From assembly GCA_965178125.1 (NCBI GenBank), contig OZ237768.1:558001-622000 (forward strand): a stretch of DNA of 64,000 bases, in the 5' to 3' direction. Origin of the DNA: Bilabrum cf. latius (taxonomy: Eukaryota). The notes beneath the pieces are model-generated. The model saw only the letters and a list, made by a program, of their open reading frames with translations. It ran no database searches and was not told the DNA's origin. The position numbers and the translations under genes were made by a program. Position 1 is the first letter of the stretch. Each line of letters begins with the position of its first letter. Below, piece after piece: positions 13,043-24,500 of this stretch.

Positions 13043-14128
13043 ATGGCTGCTGTGAGCTCTGCTACTACCGCCGCTGCCGCGAAACCCGCTCAGGACTTTG
13101 ACCTCCTGTTCGTGGTGGATGTGGAGGCGACCATGCCGAACAGGGGCGCGCCCGAGTTCCCGCGGGAGATCATCGAGCTCCCGTGCGTCTGCATCGACAC
13201 GAGAGGCACGCTGCCTGTCTCTTCATCTCCCTTCATGCGGTGCCAAAGCTTCGGGAAGAAGATCGGCGAGTTCCACACCTTCGTGCAACCGACCGAGCGC
13301 CCGAAGCTCACCCGCACCTGCATGGCCTTCTCGGGCATCAATCAGCACAGCATCGATAGAGCGCCGAAACTACCCGAAGCTCTACGAATGCTGCACAAGT
13401 TCGTGTCCGAGATGATCCTCAAGGTCACCGGCGGAGGGGACGCTGCCGCTGCCGCTGCCGGATCCAGATCCAGATCCAGATCCGGAACGGTCGGCATCGC
13501 GGAAAGGTCCGTGAAAACGTCCTCAGTAGCACTAGTAGCCGGAGCTGCCGACCCGGGCGCGGCTTCAGGGGACAAAGAAGCGAAAGAGGAAAAGGCAAGC
13601 ACGTCTGCTGCAGCTGCCTCGAAAACGCCGTCAGTGGAGACACTGAAGGCGTTTTCGCGGGCAGATGCAACCAGCCGCACCCCTTGCATCATGTACGGCG
13701 TCAAATTCGGCTTCGCCGCCGACGGTCCGTTCGACCTTCTCATGTTCCTGAACCAGGAGTGTGAGCGCAAGAAGATCCCCAAGCCCATGTACCCGCCCTA
13801 CCTCGACAAGTGGGTCAACACCCGGTGGGTGTACACTGATGCAATCCCGAGGGCACAGCAGCGAGACACCGTCAAGTGGCAGCTCAAGAAAATGGGCATG
13901 CGCTTCGAGGGCAAGGAACACTCCGGCATGGACGACACCCGCAACATCGCTCGCATCGCGTGCGGGCTCATGGGCCGCGGGGTGCGGCTCCCGATCAACG
14001 ACGGCGTGTGCAAGAGCATGGCCGTGTACTTCGTGCCCCCGATCGAGTGGGGCCGCCCAGAAGCGCCCAAGGTTCCGGACGCAAAATTCCCGCCAGAGTA
14101 CTACGGCGATGGGTCTACCTACAAGTGA
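13043..14128 (+). CDS. ERI1/3'hExo-family DEDDh 3'-5' exoribonuclease
   Basis: Motifs VVDVEAT, REIIELPCV, EFHTFVQP..PKLT, DGPFDL and HSGMDDTRNIARI. Likely start ATG 13043. Ends TGA. No internal TAG. Confidence 0.88.
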   Translation: MAAVSSATTAAAAKPAQDFDLLFVVDVEATMPNRGAPEFPREIIELPCVCIDTRGTLPVSSSPFMRCQSFGKKIGEFHTFVQPTERPKLTRTCMAFSGINQHSIDRAPKLPEALRMLHKFVSEMILKVTGGGDAAAAAAGSRSRSRSGTVGIAERSVKTSSVALVAGAADPGAASGDKEAKEEKASTSAAAASKTPSVETLKAFSRADATSRTPCIMYGVKFGFAADGPFDLLMFLNQECERKKIPKPMYPPYLDKWVNTRWVYTDAIPRAQQRDTVKWQLKKMGMRFEGKEHSGMDDTRNIARIACGLMGRGVRLPINDGVCKSMAVYFVPPIEWGRPEAPKVPDAKFPPEYYGDGSTYK

Positions 14129-15454
14129 TTGCTTCGCCGGCGGCGGCGGGTGCACCAGGCGGCCGAGAAGCTCAATGAAGCCGGTGGCACGATTCAGCGG
14201 TCGGGGCTGAAAAATGCGCACTGTTTTCACGCTAACACTCAGTGCCGATTGACCTTTGATGCTCAAAGTAAAAACATTGAAATATTCCGGGATCCCTTCA
14301 TGCAGACCTCATACAGGCCAGAAGATTTCAGCAAATCAGTGTGGTGCTGTCGCACAGCTCCACCACCACGGTCAAATTGATGAAAAATGACACTCCTGCT
14401 TGCAAATCCCACCTCACTCAGTCAGGCTGTGCTTGAGAAGACAGACACGGAGTTGCAGTTTATCGGCACGGATCCGGATCGCGTGTTTTTGCCGACTAAC
14501 GATGATCACAGATACTTCAACCCCTCTTGGTCGTCGTCATGTTTCTATTCGTATCATTTGCTGGAATTGTGAGTTCAATGGCGGCTTCTGCAGGAATGAA
14601 TACCCTGCTAATCGCAGTGCTCGCTTTCTTGCTGTTCTGTTCCCGCGGAGGCAGAGGAGGCTCCTAGAAGCGGCGAAACACCTTGATGCTCGCCCTATTT
14701 CGAATCTAGTTGGGATCCGCTTGCTGCAGCAGCGCGCGCGGTGGGCGATCCTGCCAGGGACGGCGCTCGTCCAGCAGAGCTGCCACGCACGCGGAGCATA
14801 AATTCCATCGGCTCTGAGACGCCGGCCCACGAGGTAGCATCCGAAGAATCTCCACTAGAGTGTGTTCGGGCTAGAGCAAGGGCCCGCTTTCCATCTGCGG
14901 CAACGTCTGGCTTTAAAGTTCTCTTTCCACCGCTCTTCGCTGCAACCTGCTCCGCGGACTGCAAGGCGCTGGAAATGGCATCCGCGCCTCCCTACCCGCA
15001 CGGGAATGCTTCGAATTCAGACAATTGCAAGAATTTGTTCTTCTAGGGCAGCAGTCCTGATACCCACGAGCTTTCATCCGTGTAAGCAGACGGCCGCGCT
15101 GGGAAACAAGCTGGAATGTCATTGCTCATGCACTTGGAGCACCTTACCAGGACGCCCGACTCCCCGTGCAGAAGCGTGCCCTGCTGCACGGGGCGGAGGG
15201 CCAGAGGGAGAGGCGGACCTGCCTTGGGCTGCGATGGATCGGCGGGCCTGCTGTCAGCACTGACACCAGAACGTTACTATCACGTTTCGTGGGTCCCTGG
15301 GATTGCGGTGTGCGGCTCTGGGAGTCGTCTTCATCTATGATCGGATCGCTGCAGCGTGTTGGATCGCAGCGCCAGAGACGGAGACTCGATCTTGCTAATC
15401 TCATGCCAGTTAGCATGGCGGCAGCTAGTGCCACGGGCGTGCTGGCTCCCGCCG

Positions 15455-18400
15455 TCACTTCTCGAACCGGCTAGATAGGATATACGCATTGCCGTCTCCC
15501 TCTTTTTCGATGAACCCCTTCTCGAGTAGTGTCCTCATGGCACTCTTCACGTCGTCGGGGCTCGAGTTCCGGACCTCATCTCTCTGGGAGGTGGCTTGTG
15601 CTTCCAGCACGTCATCGAGCGTTCGATTCAGCGGCTCAGTCGGCTCTGCAGCGCCGATCCCTTCTTCTGCAGTTGACAGTCGGGCTTCTGTCGTCCTGCC
15701 CGCCGCCTTCCCTTGCACCTTCCCATGTTCGACCTCGGCACCGCTCGCAATGTAGAAGCATTCTATCACGTGCCTCATGATGACTTTCTCGTGATCTGTC
15801 ATTTTTATCACCCGCCCCATTTCCACCATCATGGCCTCTATGGCCTCTACTGTGCTTGGGTTCAATGCTACCGCGTGCGTGTTTGATGGGTCCACGATCG
15901 GGTACTGTTCCAACTTCAACCTCTTCCCGAAGGCGACCCACGTAATCAGATTTGCACTGAAATTATGCGCGATTGCATCCAGTTCTACGATTGCCGCGTG
16001 CAACGCAGCTCGATGTCGGGTTCCGTGGAATCCGATGAGACGCGTACCTATCGACGCCGCGGATCGCTGCAAACGTTTTCGTCCCATTGCCAGCCGCAGT
16101 CGGTCTCGGTCGTTGTCCCCAGCGGCAGAACCAAATACCTTATTTTTTGCGATAGCTTCTGATACTCTCTCCAACCACTTAGAGCCGTCGATGCAGAGAG
16201 CTAAAAGCCTGAACTTCGCCCGTGGACGCAGCTTTGGGTCAGCGACACACTCTCTTTTCAACCGGTTGTACACCTCGGCGAATTTATTGACATAGCCAGT
16301 ACCGAGAGCAGCGTTGAACTGGTTCAGGTGATCAGTCATGCGCTTAGCGACTGCGGTCGTGAAGCCGAAATATACAGACTGCGTAGGTTGGTTCGCGACA
16401 AGGAATGGAAGCTGGAACGCGTGGAAGTGAATTGTTCGCTATGCGCGTGTGTTTGGGGGGGGGGGGGGGGGGGGGGGGGGCTCTCTTACCTGTGTCCGTC
16501 CGCTGATCACCCCGCCGTATGCCCCCGGGAAATCTGTCAAGCAGCCCGCTCTGCTCTCGCCTGTTGAACTATTTATCTTCCCGCGCGCAGCGGCTGCCGC
16601 GGCTTTCGCTTGTATTCGCCTCCCCCGAGCTGTCTTTGCCAAATCGTCGGTGAGGTCGCCCGGCTCGATCCCATGCTGCTCCGCCTCGCGCTCTGCCTCG
16701 GTGACGTCATCCATCCACTCTCTCGGCGAGCCGTAGCTGACCACTCCCCCGCCCGGGCTCCTGATGCGGACCGCCATCTTCACCTCGTCTAGCCCGGCCA
16801 TCTGCATGATCCCGAGCCATGCATCGGCCGTGGTGGCGAAGTCAAAGGCGTCAACCCGGTCATTCGGTGGCAGGTGACTGTTCAGCGGTGCCACGATCCA
16901 GATTTCGCTGAATTGGTTCAGGTAGGCCACCAGTGCTGGCTGCAAGCCAGCCACCGCATCCATGTGTTTCTCTGTCGCACTTGTGCCGTCGACGTCGTGG
17001 GGCCGCAGGGCGTCGTATCCGGCAGCATCGTATGCCTCCCCCTGCCGTTCGCGCTGGTCCTTGGCGAGTCTGCCCATGGATTGCCTTCGAATCTCTATCG
17101 AGGCCTTCTGCGTGCAATCGAACGATGTGGTCATCGATGACCCTGCCCCGAGTTTCTGTTCCAGGGAGCGCTTCTGCGCATCGGGGATCGCGCGTGTTGT
17201 GTGAATGCAGAGCAGCACACTCCCTTTCGGCGCGGTCTGTCCCGACCCGCTCGTGGCCTGCGTGTCTGGCCCTTCGTTCGACTAGTCAATCTCGGCTGGT
17301 ATGCTGTCTACACCCGGGGCACTCGTTGCCTTGTCCCGTTGCCTGTCCATCTCCATGATGTACTCGTCGTGGCTGGGTGTGTATCTCATCACAAGTCTCG
17401 TCGAATGCGCGTTTGCGCCTTGTCTTGCAAGCAGCCTGCCGAGCTCGACTGCGTCTCTCGGCTCGGTTGGTGCTCTGTATTTGGTTCGCCCGGAAGACGC
17501 GATTCCCGCAGCCGTAGTGCCTGTCCGATCCGCGAGACTAGCAGCCTGCTGCAGCGATGACATTAGCAGATCGCCCTACTAGGCTGAATGCTGTTCACCC
17601 AGTGGAAGGCAACAAGCAACCTGGGCAGTTTCCACGAGCCAGTCGCACTGGTGGACATGCCGTCCCTCTGTATGCAGCGTGGTAATCAAAACATCTGCGT
17701 TATTCCTACCGGGCGGCCCCCCCCCCTACACCTTCCAGCCCAGCACGGACAAATCTATCGAAAACTTATTAGCATCAGCTTTAAAATCGTCAATTGCCTA
17801 CAATCGAATTGCAAGCTCCCTTTGCGTGACATGGTTCAGATTCTGGATCGTGGTCAGATCCGATGTGTCGCCCCGCCCGGTTGCCCCTCTCGGCTGTTGG
17901 TGTGACTCGCGAATGTCGATACAAATAAGCAACGGCCGAATCCATACCCAGGTGCCCCCGGCAATCGATTGAAACAGAATTTATACAGGAACTCCTCTGT
18001 GTCAAAAGTTCCCTGACGCAGGACCGGGTGTCTTTTTCGCAGTGTCTGGTTGAACGTGGCCAATGCGTTCTTTGTCGTCTTTAGCCTTCTGTTGTACTCG
18101 TCGAACTATGCCTTCGAAGGACCCAAATCTTTACAATTTGCCGCGAGTGATACATCTGAGGCGTTGTGCCCGAAGCCAAGCGTTCTCATCACTCCCACGA
18201 TGGCGATATGGTAGTGTAATAGAGATTGGCTACCGACTCCGGCCTGCCTGCGGGGTATTCTCATTGCTGCAGTGTCCTTGGGTGCTACCCCCTTGCTTGT
18301 GAGCAGCTACTCTGCCAAATATCCTGCTATTACACTACCGACGCCTTCGAAAGCGACCGATGGTTCTCCCTTCGCGAGTTTTTCTAGGTTGTGCCACATG

Positions 18401-21165
18401 TTGCCAAAGCTGAGCTGCCGATCTTCGTCCCGGGGTTGTTCGAAGTCGTCATCGCCGTCGTCTCCGTGATCGTTTTCAGGCGACCCCCTGTAGCTTGGTA
18501 CTTTTTTGCCGCTCAGACGGGCAGATCTTCTGCGTCGCACTTGGCCAGTCGGATGCGCGCCACTCACCTGTCCATCCCCGCGTGTAGATGCAGCCTCATC
18601 GGCAGTAGCCTGCGAGTCGCTACCGTCGGCCGAAGCAGCGCCAGGAACATCGGTGTTGGACCCCTCCATTGGAGCACCTCCACGTGGAGACGTGCCTGGG
18701 TTCCCTGTGGCAGGAGCGGTTCGGGGCTTCCCATCTCGTCCCCTCTTTCGCCCGCGGCCAGCCCTCCCGGTCGCAGAATCACCAGAGGCATGCGCGGCGC
18801 CCTCATCCCCGCGTGTAGCAACAGCAAGCACGTCGCCAATTGCCTGCGAGTCATCGTCAGACAAAGAGGAACCCGGAACCTTGGCGCTGTGCCTAGCCCC
18901 AACTCCACCTGAACGCGCAGCCTCTTCCCCCTCGCCGTCCTCCATCCGGGTCTGTGCCCCAAAACGTAGTGACCTACCCGCCGCAAAACTTGCGGCAGGG
19001 CTTGCGCTGTGCCCACCAGCGTCTCGTGCAGTAGGCAGGAACCCCCCCGCGATGTGTAACGCCCTCTGCAAATTGCCAGGAGAAGCCCCCATGGCCTGCC
19101 TCTGCTTTGATATCATCGTCTCCACCCTATCTTCCGGCTCTCCACGCTCGCGTGCCTATTCTGTGCGCGCAAGAAGCATCAACGACGCCCTGACATCGGC
19201 GACCGGGACGCCGTCCTCTTGCTTCCGGCTGCCCGCTGCCGCAGAGGACAACGAAGCCACTGGCGACCCTGCAGCACCCAGGCCCGCAGGAAATTCCTAG
19301 GCACCCCTCATCGCATCGGAGCCTCCCGGACTCGAAGCCGCCGACGAGCCACCGGCGCGGCCCAGGCCCAGCATGGCCCTGTCTAGCGTGGCCTCGTTGC
19401 TGTCATGCATCGCTCCGTCTGCGCCGGGCATGGCTCCCTGGTCCATGGGCTGCTGCTGCTGCTCTCCGTCGGTCTCCTCTTCCGCGATCTCACGCTGCAG
19501 CCGTTCCGCCAGGTAGGCCCCAGCGTCCGAGCTGTGCCTCAGCCTGTACAGCTTAAGCGCGCGGGCGGCCAGGCTGGCCTCGCGCCTGAGGAACCACTCT
19601 GCGTCTGGGATTCCGCCCGTGTCGGGTCCACGCTCCGCGACGCGTTGTTCGATCAGCCTCAGCCAATTCTGCAGAGCAGCCACCAAGCCGAGCTCCTCTA
19701 GCGTCTGCTCGCCCTCTTCTGTGCGCTCCTCCGCACTGTCACCCGCCCCTCGTGCCCCGCCATCGCCTCTTTGGTCCTCGCCTGCTGCGCCGCTGAGCTC
19801 GGCGCCCCCCCCGCCATCATCGGTGCTCGACAGCCCGTCGATGGTCGCCATCACGTGCCCCCCCCATCGCACCAAGAGGCTAGATGCCATGGGGTCGGTC
19901 TGAAAGAGCTGAAGCCACGGTTCCATCATGTGCGCGCCGGTTGACACCTCTGCCACGCTGCAGAAGACCCCAAACAGGTCGGCCTGTTCGCTCTAGTGGC
20001 CCAGCTCCCCCGCCCACTTGTACTGCTTGCCCAGCTCGACGAGTGCCTTCACAACGGGTCTCGCGTCGTCCAGTGTGATCGCGGTGTCGTAGCCTCCCAG
20101 CACCCGGAGACGACGCATTGACGGCTCGTCCGCCAGGACGCGGGCCCAGGCGATCCCGCGGTTCCGGCCTTCCGAGGCATCGTCCGCAGCTCTGCTCAGG
20201 CGGGTCCATGCCTTCTCTAGTCCCTGCTCCTTCCAGTCGTCTAGCACAGCCTGTAGATATTGCTGTGGCTCGCCCACTACGTCAGCCAGCAGCTGGGTTC
20301 CGGGGCTGCCTGCACCCGCGCCGCTGGCTGCAGGCCGCTGCCCCAGCTGGCCCTAGGCGGACGCCCCCGCGGCACCTGCAGTGCCCCGGCCTTGCCCTGC
20401 TGCCGAGGATGCCCTTGAGGATGCGGACTGTGCTGTTGGGGGGGGCTTGAAGGGAGATGTGGGCTGGGCTGCTGGGCATGGTTTCGAGGAAGCTGACTGC
20501 GTTGCCAGGTTGGCACTCGAGGAAGACGACTGCTGTGCTGCACCGCCCTGCGACGCGGATGACGATGATTGCTGCTAGGGCTAGATCGAAGCGACCACCA
20601 GTCGATGCGAAACCGCGAGACCTCTATGGATCCGTGAGCTGGGCAACGCGCCCTGTTCGGTGGTAGCCATCGGGCGCTGCCCATCCTCGCCCAGCTGGTC
20701 CACGGGAGGCGCACCAGCAGCGCCAGCGGGACCCACAGGGACCCCCGTGCGAGGTACATGCCCGGCCGCACCACTAGCCGTCGTGTTCGTAGACGAAGAG
20801 CCCCTCTCAGTGCGTTCCTGCGCCGTGCTGGAGCGCCTCTTACGCTCGATCTCTCGCTAGTAGTTGCGTGAAAGCTCAAGAAATTCTCTCTACCAAGCCG
20901 GCATGGACGACTCGTGCTGCTCCTCGTTGCTCATTGGTTCCTGCACTGCGGGCGATGGACGCCCGGGAAAGAGGCGTTCCATCGCCGGCGCGTGGGGTTC
21001 ACCAGCGTCCCTCATGGGCGATTGACCGGCACCCGCCTAATCATCGCTGTCATCACCCAAATCGAATGCAAACTGCGCAAATAAGCGTCGTGCCAGTTGA
21101 AACGGAATGCATCGGAGTTGAAGCAGTCTCAGACGCTACGGACAGAAGCGCGGCGGGCATGCTCA
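15455..21165 (-). CDS. Large orphan protein (roughly 1,800 aa, multi-exon); true start probably further upstream (about 21200-21560)
   Basis: ORFs 19993..20277, 19297..19956, 18307..19125 and 17854..18063 share one frame joined by TAG. ORFs 17282..17563, 16439..17218 and 15455..16339 share another. A phase-0 intron 16412-16489 (GTAAGA..CAG) links the last two. Further introns near 17.9 kb and 21.1 kb are inferred. Ends TGA. No family recognised. Confidence 0.55.
16455..16480. repeat. G26 homopolymer inside a predicted intron
   Basis: Direct read of the sequence; lies within predicted intron 16412-16489. Confidence 0.9.
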
Positions 21166-21595
21166 CCTCTTCGCACGAATCACTTAGCCCTGATTCGTCT
21201 GTGTCCCACAACCTCTCTTCACTGTAAGGAATCCGTCCCCGACCCTGCGCGCGCGGGCGCAGTACTTTATTGCGACAGACATGCTCCGCGAGAACGTGGG
21301 TTCGATTGCCCTCGCGGTATCATTTGATCGATGCATGTCTCACGTTGGACTGCTCCATAGCTAAAAGTACTCGTAAGCTCTTGATGGCGTTCTGTGACTG
21401 CCGCTAGATGCTCCCGCTGGCGCGGGAAATATCAAAGATGGCCCAGTCCACCGCTCGCGCGACGATCGGAGTCCGGTTTTCGATGTAACTAGTAGCACCT
21501 TACTTTTATACAAGCGAGAGCATTGCTCAGAGCAAACCTTGTTTCTGCTGGTATAGTTCATTCGATTGCAACCACAGACGCAAAAAGACAGAAAG

Positions 21596-24500
21596 ATGGA
21601 TGCTAGCGCAGATACGAGCTCTCCTCTCGGGCTGGGAAGGCCCGCTGATGTTGCCGCCGTATTGTTACGAGCTCAGACCAAGATCAGCCGGACGCTTAAA
21701 GTCGCCAGCGCGGTGGATTAGCGGATGAAAGAACTCGAAGCGCTCTTAGAGTCGATTGATCAGGCGCAGCGGTCGTTTCGAGCACGCTTGCGGCTCGGCA
21801 CAGTGGCCAACATACCGGCGTGGCTGGGACTTAGCGAAAGCAGGGATTTGCAAGACGCGCCCAGGCGGCTGATCAGGTCCCACGAATACCACGCCAAAGG
21901 TGCTGCCATTGTTCAGGCCGCAAACAAGATGATTGGCCGACTGCGGGCAATCGAGCGCCGCGTGCAGGATCTCTTCATTCGGGCGATCGAGCTGGCCGAG
22001 ATTCACCGTGCCCCTGGCACCGGGAGCGAGGTGAGGGCAGAGGCAGCCCCTCGGCAGGGCACGGCATCTGGTTCCTCCTCGGCGGCCGCAGCTTCTAGAG
22101 CCGCGAGCGTGGCAAGGCGGGAAGATCACCGGCCCAGACTGCTCCATTCGATTTCAATCCCCGTCTCATTTCGGATCCTCCACCGTCGCTGCCGGTCTGC
22201 GGTGCACAAGACGAGAGCCATGGACGCGCGCCTCGGGAGGCTCTCGGCTCTCGCAGAGGGACTGGATGCGCGGCAGCGGGGGTGGGACAGGCGGTTCCAG
22301 GTTCCTGGCAGCGGATGGCCCCCGGTTCCTGCAGCTGGCCACAGAGCCAGTCTCTCTAGTGGCGGTGCCATGGTGGCTCTGAGCGCTGGCGACGAGGGTG
22401 GTAGCGTCATGTCACGCTCCATGCAAACCGTAGAGAGGCTTACCACCGCTACAGAACCGGAAGCAGGGAGGGGGGCTGCCTCTGCCACCGCCATTGACGC
22501 GTTCGCGGTTACTGCACCCGCACTGTCGCTCGGTTCAACCCTCACACAGTCTCCGCTGAGCAAGTCGGGCAGCATACCTGCTGGAGAGGTCCAACACAGC
22601 GGCGGCACTGGCGAGACTGATGGATAGAGGCAGATGATGGGTAAACCCACTGGCAGACCCGGTCGGTCCGTACGCGGAAAGCCGCCCACCGGAGTCAAAG
22701 CTAGCGCTCCCTTGGCGGCGTCTACAGCTACTGAGCAGATCGCTTAGATGTCATCTTCGAGGAACAAGCACATCACGGAACGTGAGCGCCCACCGACTCG
22801 CACATTTAATCTCGCCCCGTCTCGATCGCCATTTTTTTTATCGGGGATTTGTTTTCGCTCTCCGACGCTCTCGCAGTCTACCCGGGCGCGCTCAGTCCTG
22901 ACCCCGTGTACGCCGTGACCAGACCAAAAGTAGGAGTCTAGGCATTTTATCGTCCGAAAGATGAGATGGGTGACTCTATCGGAATGGCGACTAGACGTAA
23001 GAAGCATCCGATCAACCCAACCGACGAAGCAATCCCGCACCCTCTCGGGGCAGGTAACGTTTCCTTGAAGCTCCCATTCAAAGACCTGTACTTAGGGGCT
23101 GCATCCGGTCGAACCACCTTTGCCATTTATGATGCCAAACGGCACGGCGATTTGCCAGATGGTTGCAGACCTAGAGACATTGAATTGCGCGGCATGGGTC
23201 GCGTGAAAGTGGTCATGACCGACAGGTATGGGGTCGTCAAGGTGACGAAAAAAGGCGCCTGAACAACCTCGAGTGCATCTCGGGTGGGGATGCAGGGCGC
23301 CTCAACTGCCTCGAGTGCCTCGGATGGGGAAGCAGGGCGCCTCAACTGCCTCAAGTGCCTCAGGTGTGGAAGGGCGCCTCAACTGCCTCAAGTGCCTCAG
23401 GTGTGGAAGGGCGCCTCAACTGCCTCAAGTGCCTCGGATGGGGAAGCAGGGCGCCTCAACTGCCTCGAGTGCCTCAGGTGTGGAAGGGCGCCTCAACTGC
23501 CTCAAGTGCCTCAGGTGTGGAAGGGCGCCTCAACTGCCTCAAGTGCCTCGGATGGGGAAGCAGGGCGCCTCAACTGCCTCGAGTGCCTCGGATGGGGAAG
23601 CAGGGCGCCTCAACTGCCTCGAGTGCCTCGGGTTTGGAAGCAGGGCGCCTCAACTGCCTCGAGTGCCTCGGATGGGGAAGCAGGGCGCCTCAACTGCCTC
23701 AAGTGCCTCGGATGGGGAAGCAGGGCGCCTCATCTGCCTCAAGTGCCTCGGATGGGGAAGCAGGGCGCCTCAACTGCCTCGAGTGCCTCGGGTTTGGAAG
23801 CAGGGCGCCTCAACTGCCTCGAGTGCCTCAGGTTTGGAAGCAGGGCGCCTCAACTGCCTCAAGTGCCTCGGATGGGGAAGGGCGCCTCAACTGCCTCGAG
23901 TGCCTCGGATGGGGAAGCAGGGCGCCTCAACTGCCTCGAGTGCCTCGGGTTTGGAAGCAGGGCGCCTCAACCGCCTCAAGTGCCTCGGATGGGGAAGCAG
24001 GGCGCCTCAACTGCCTCGAGTGCCTCGGATGGGGAAGCAGGGCGCCTCAACTGCCTCGAGTGCCTCGGATGGGGAAGCAGGGCGCCTCAACTGCCTCGAG
24101 TGCCTCGGGTTTGGAAGCAGGGCGCCTCAACCGCCTCGAGTGCCTCAGGTTTGGAAGCAGGGCGCCTCAACTGCCTCAAGTGCCTCGGATGGGGAAGCAG
24201 TGCGCCCCAACTGCCTCGAGTGCCTCGGATGGGGAAGCAGGGCGCCTCAACTGGCTCGAATGCCTCGGATAGGGAAGCAGGGCGCCTCAACTGCCTCGAG
24301 TGCCTCGGATGGGGAAGCAGGGCGCCTCAACTGCCTCGAATGCCTCGGATGGGGAAGCAGGGCGCCTCAACTGCCTCGAGTGCCTCGGATGGGGAAGCAG
24401 GGCGCCTCAACTGCCTCAAGTGCCTCAGGTGTGGAAGGGCGCCTCAACTGCCTCAAGTGCCTCGGATGGGGAAGCAGGGCGCCTCAACTGCCTCAAGTGC

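Noticed and set aside
14570-15450. Possible extra exons or a small gene downstream of the orphan gene
   Set aside because: A TAG-only open stretch exists at about 14575-15055, but I could not link it reliably to a start or to the orphan gene.
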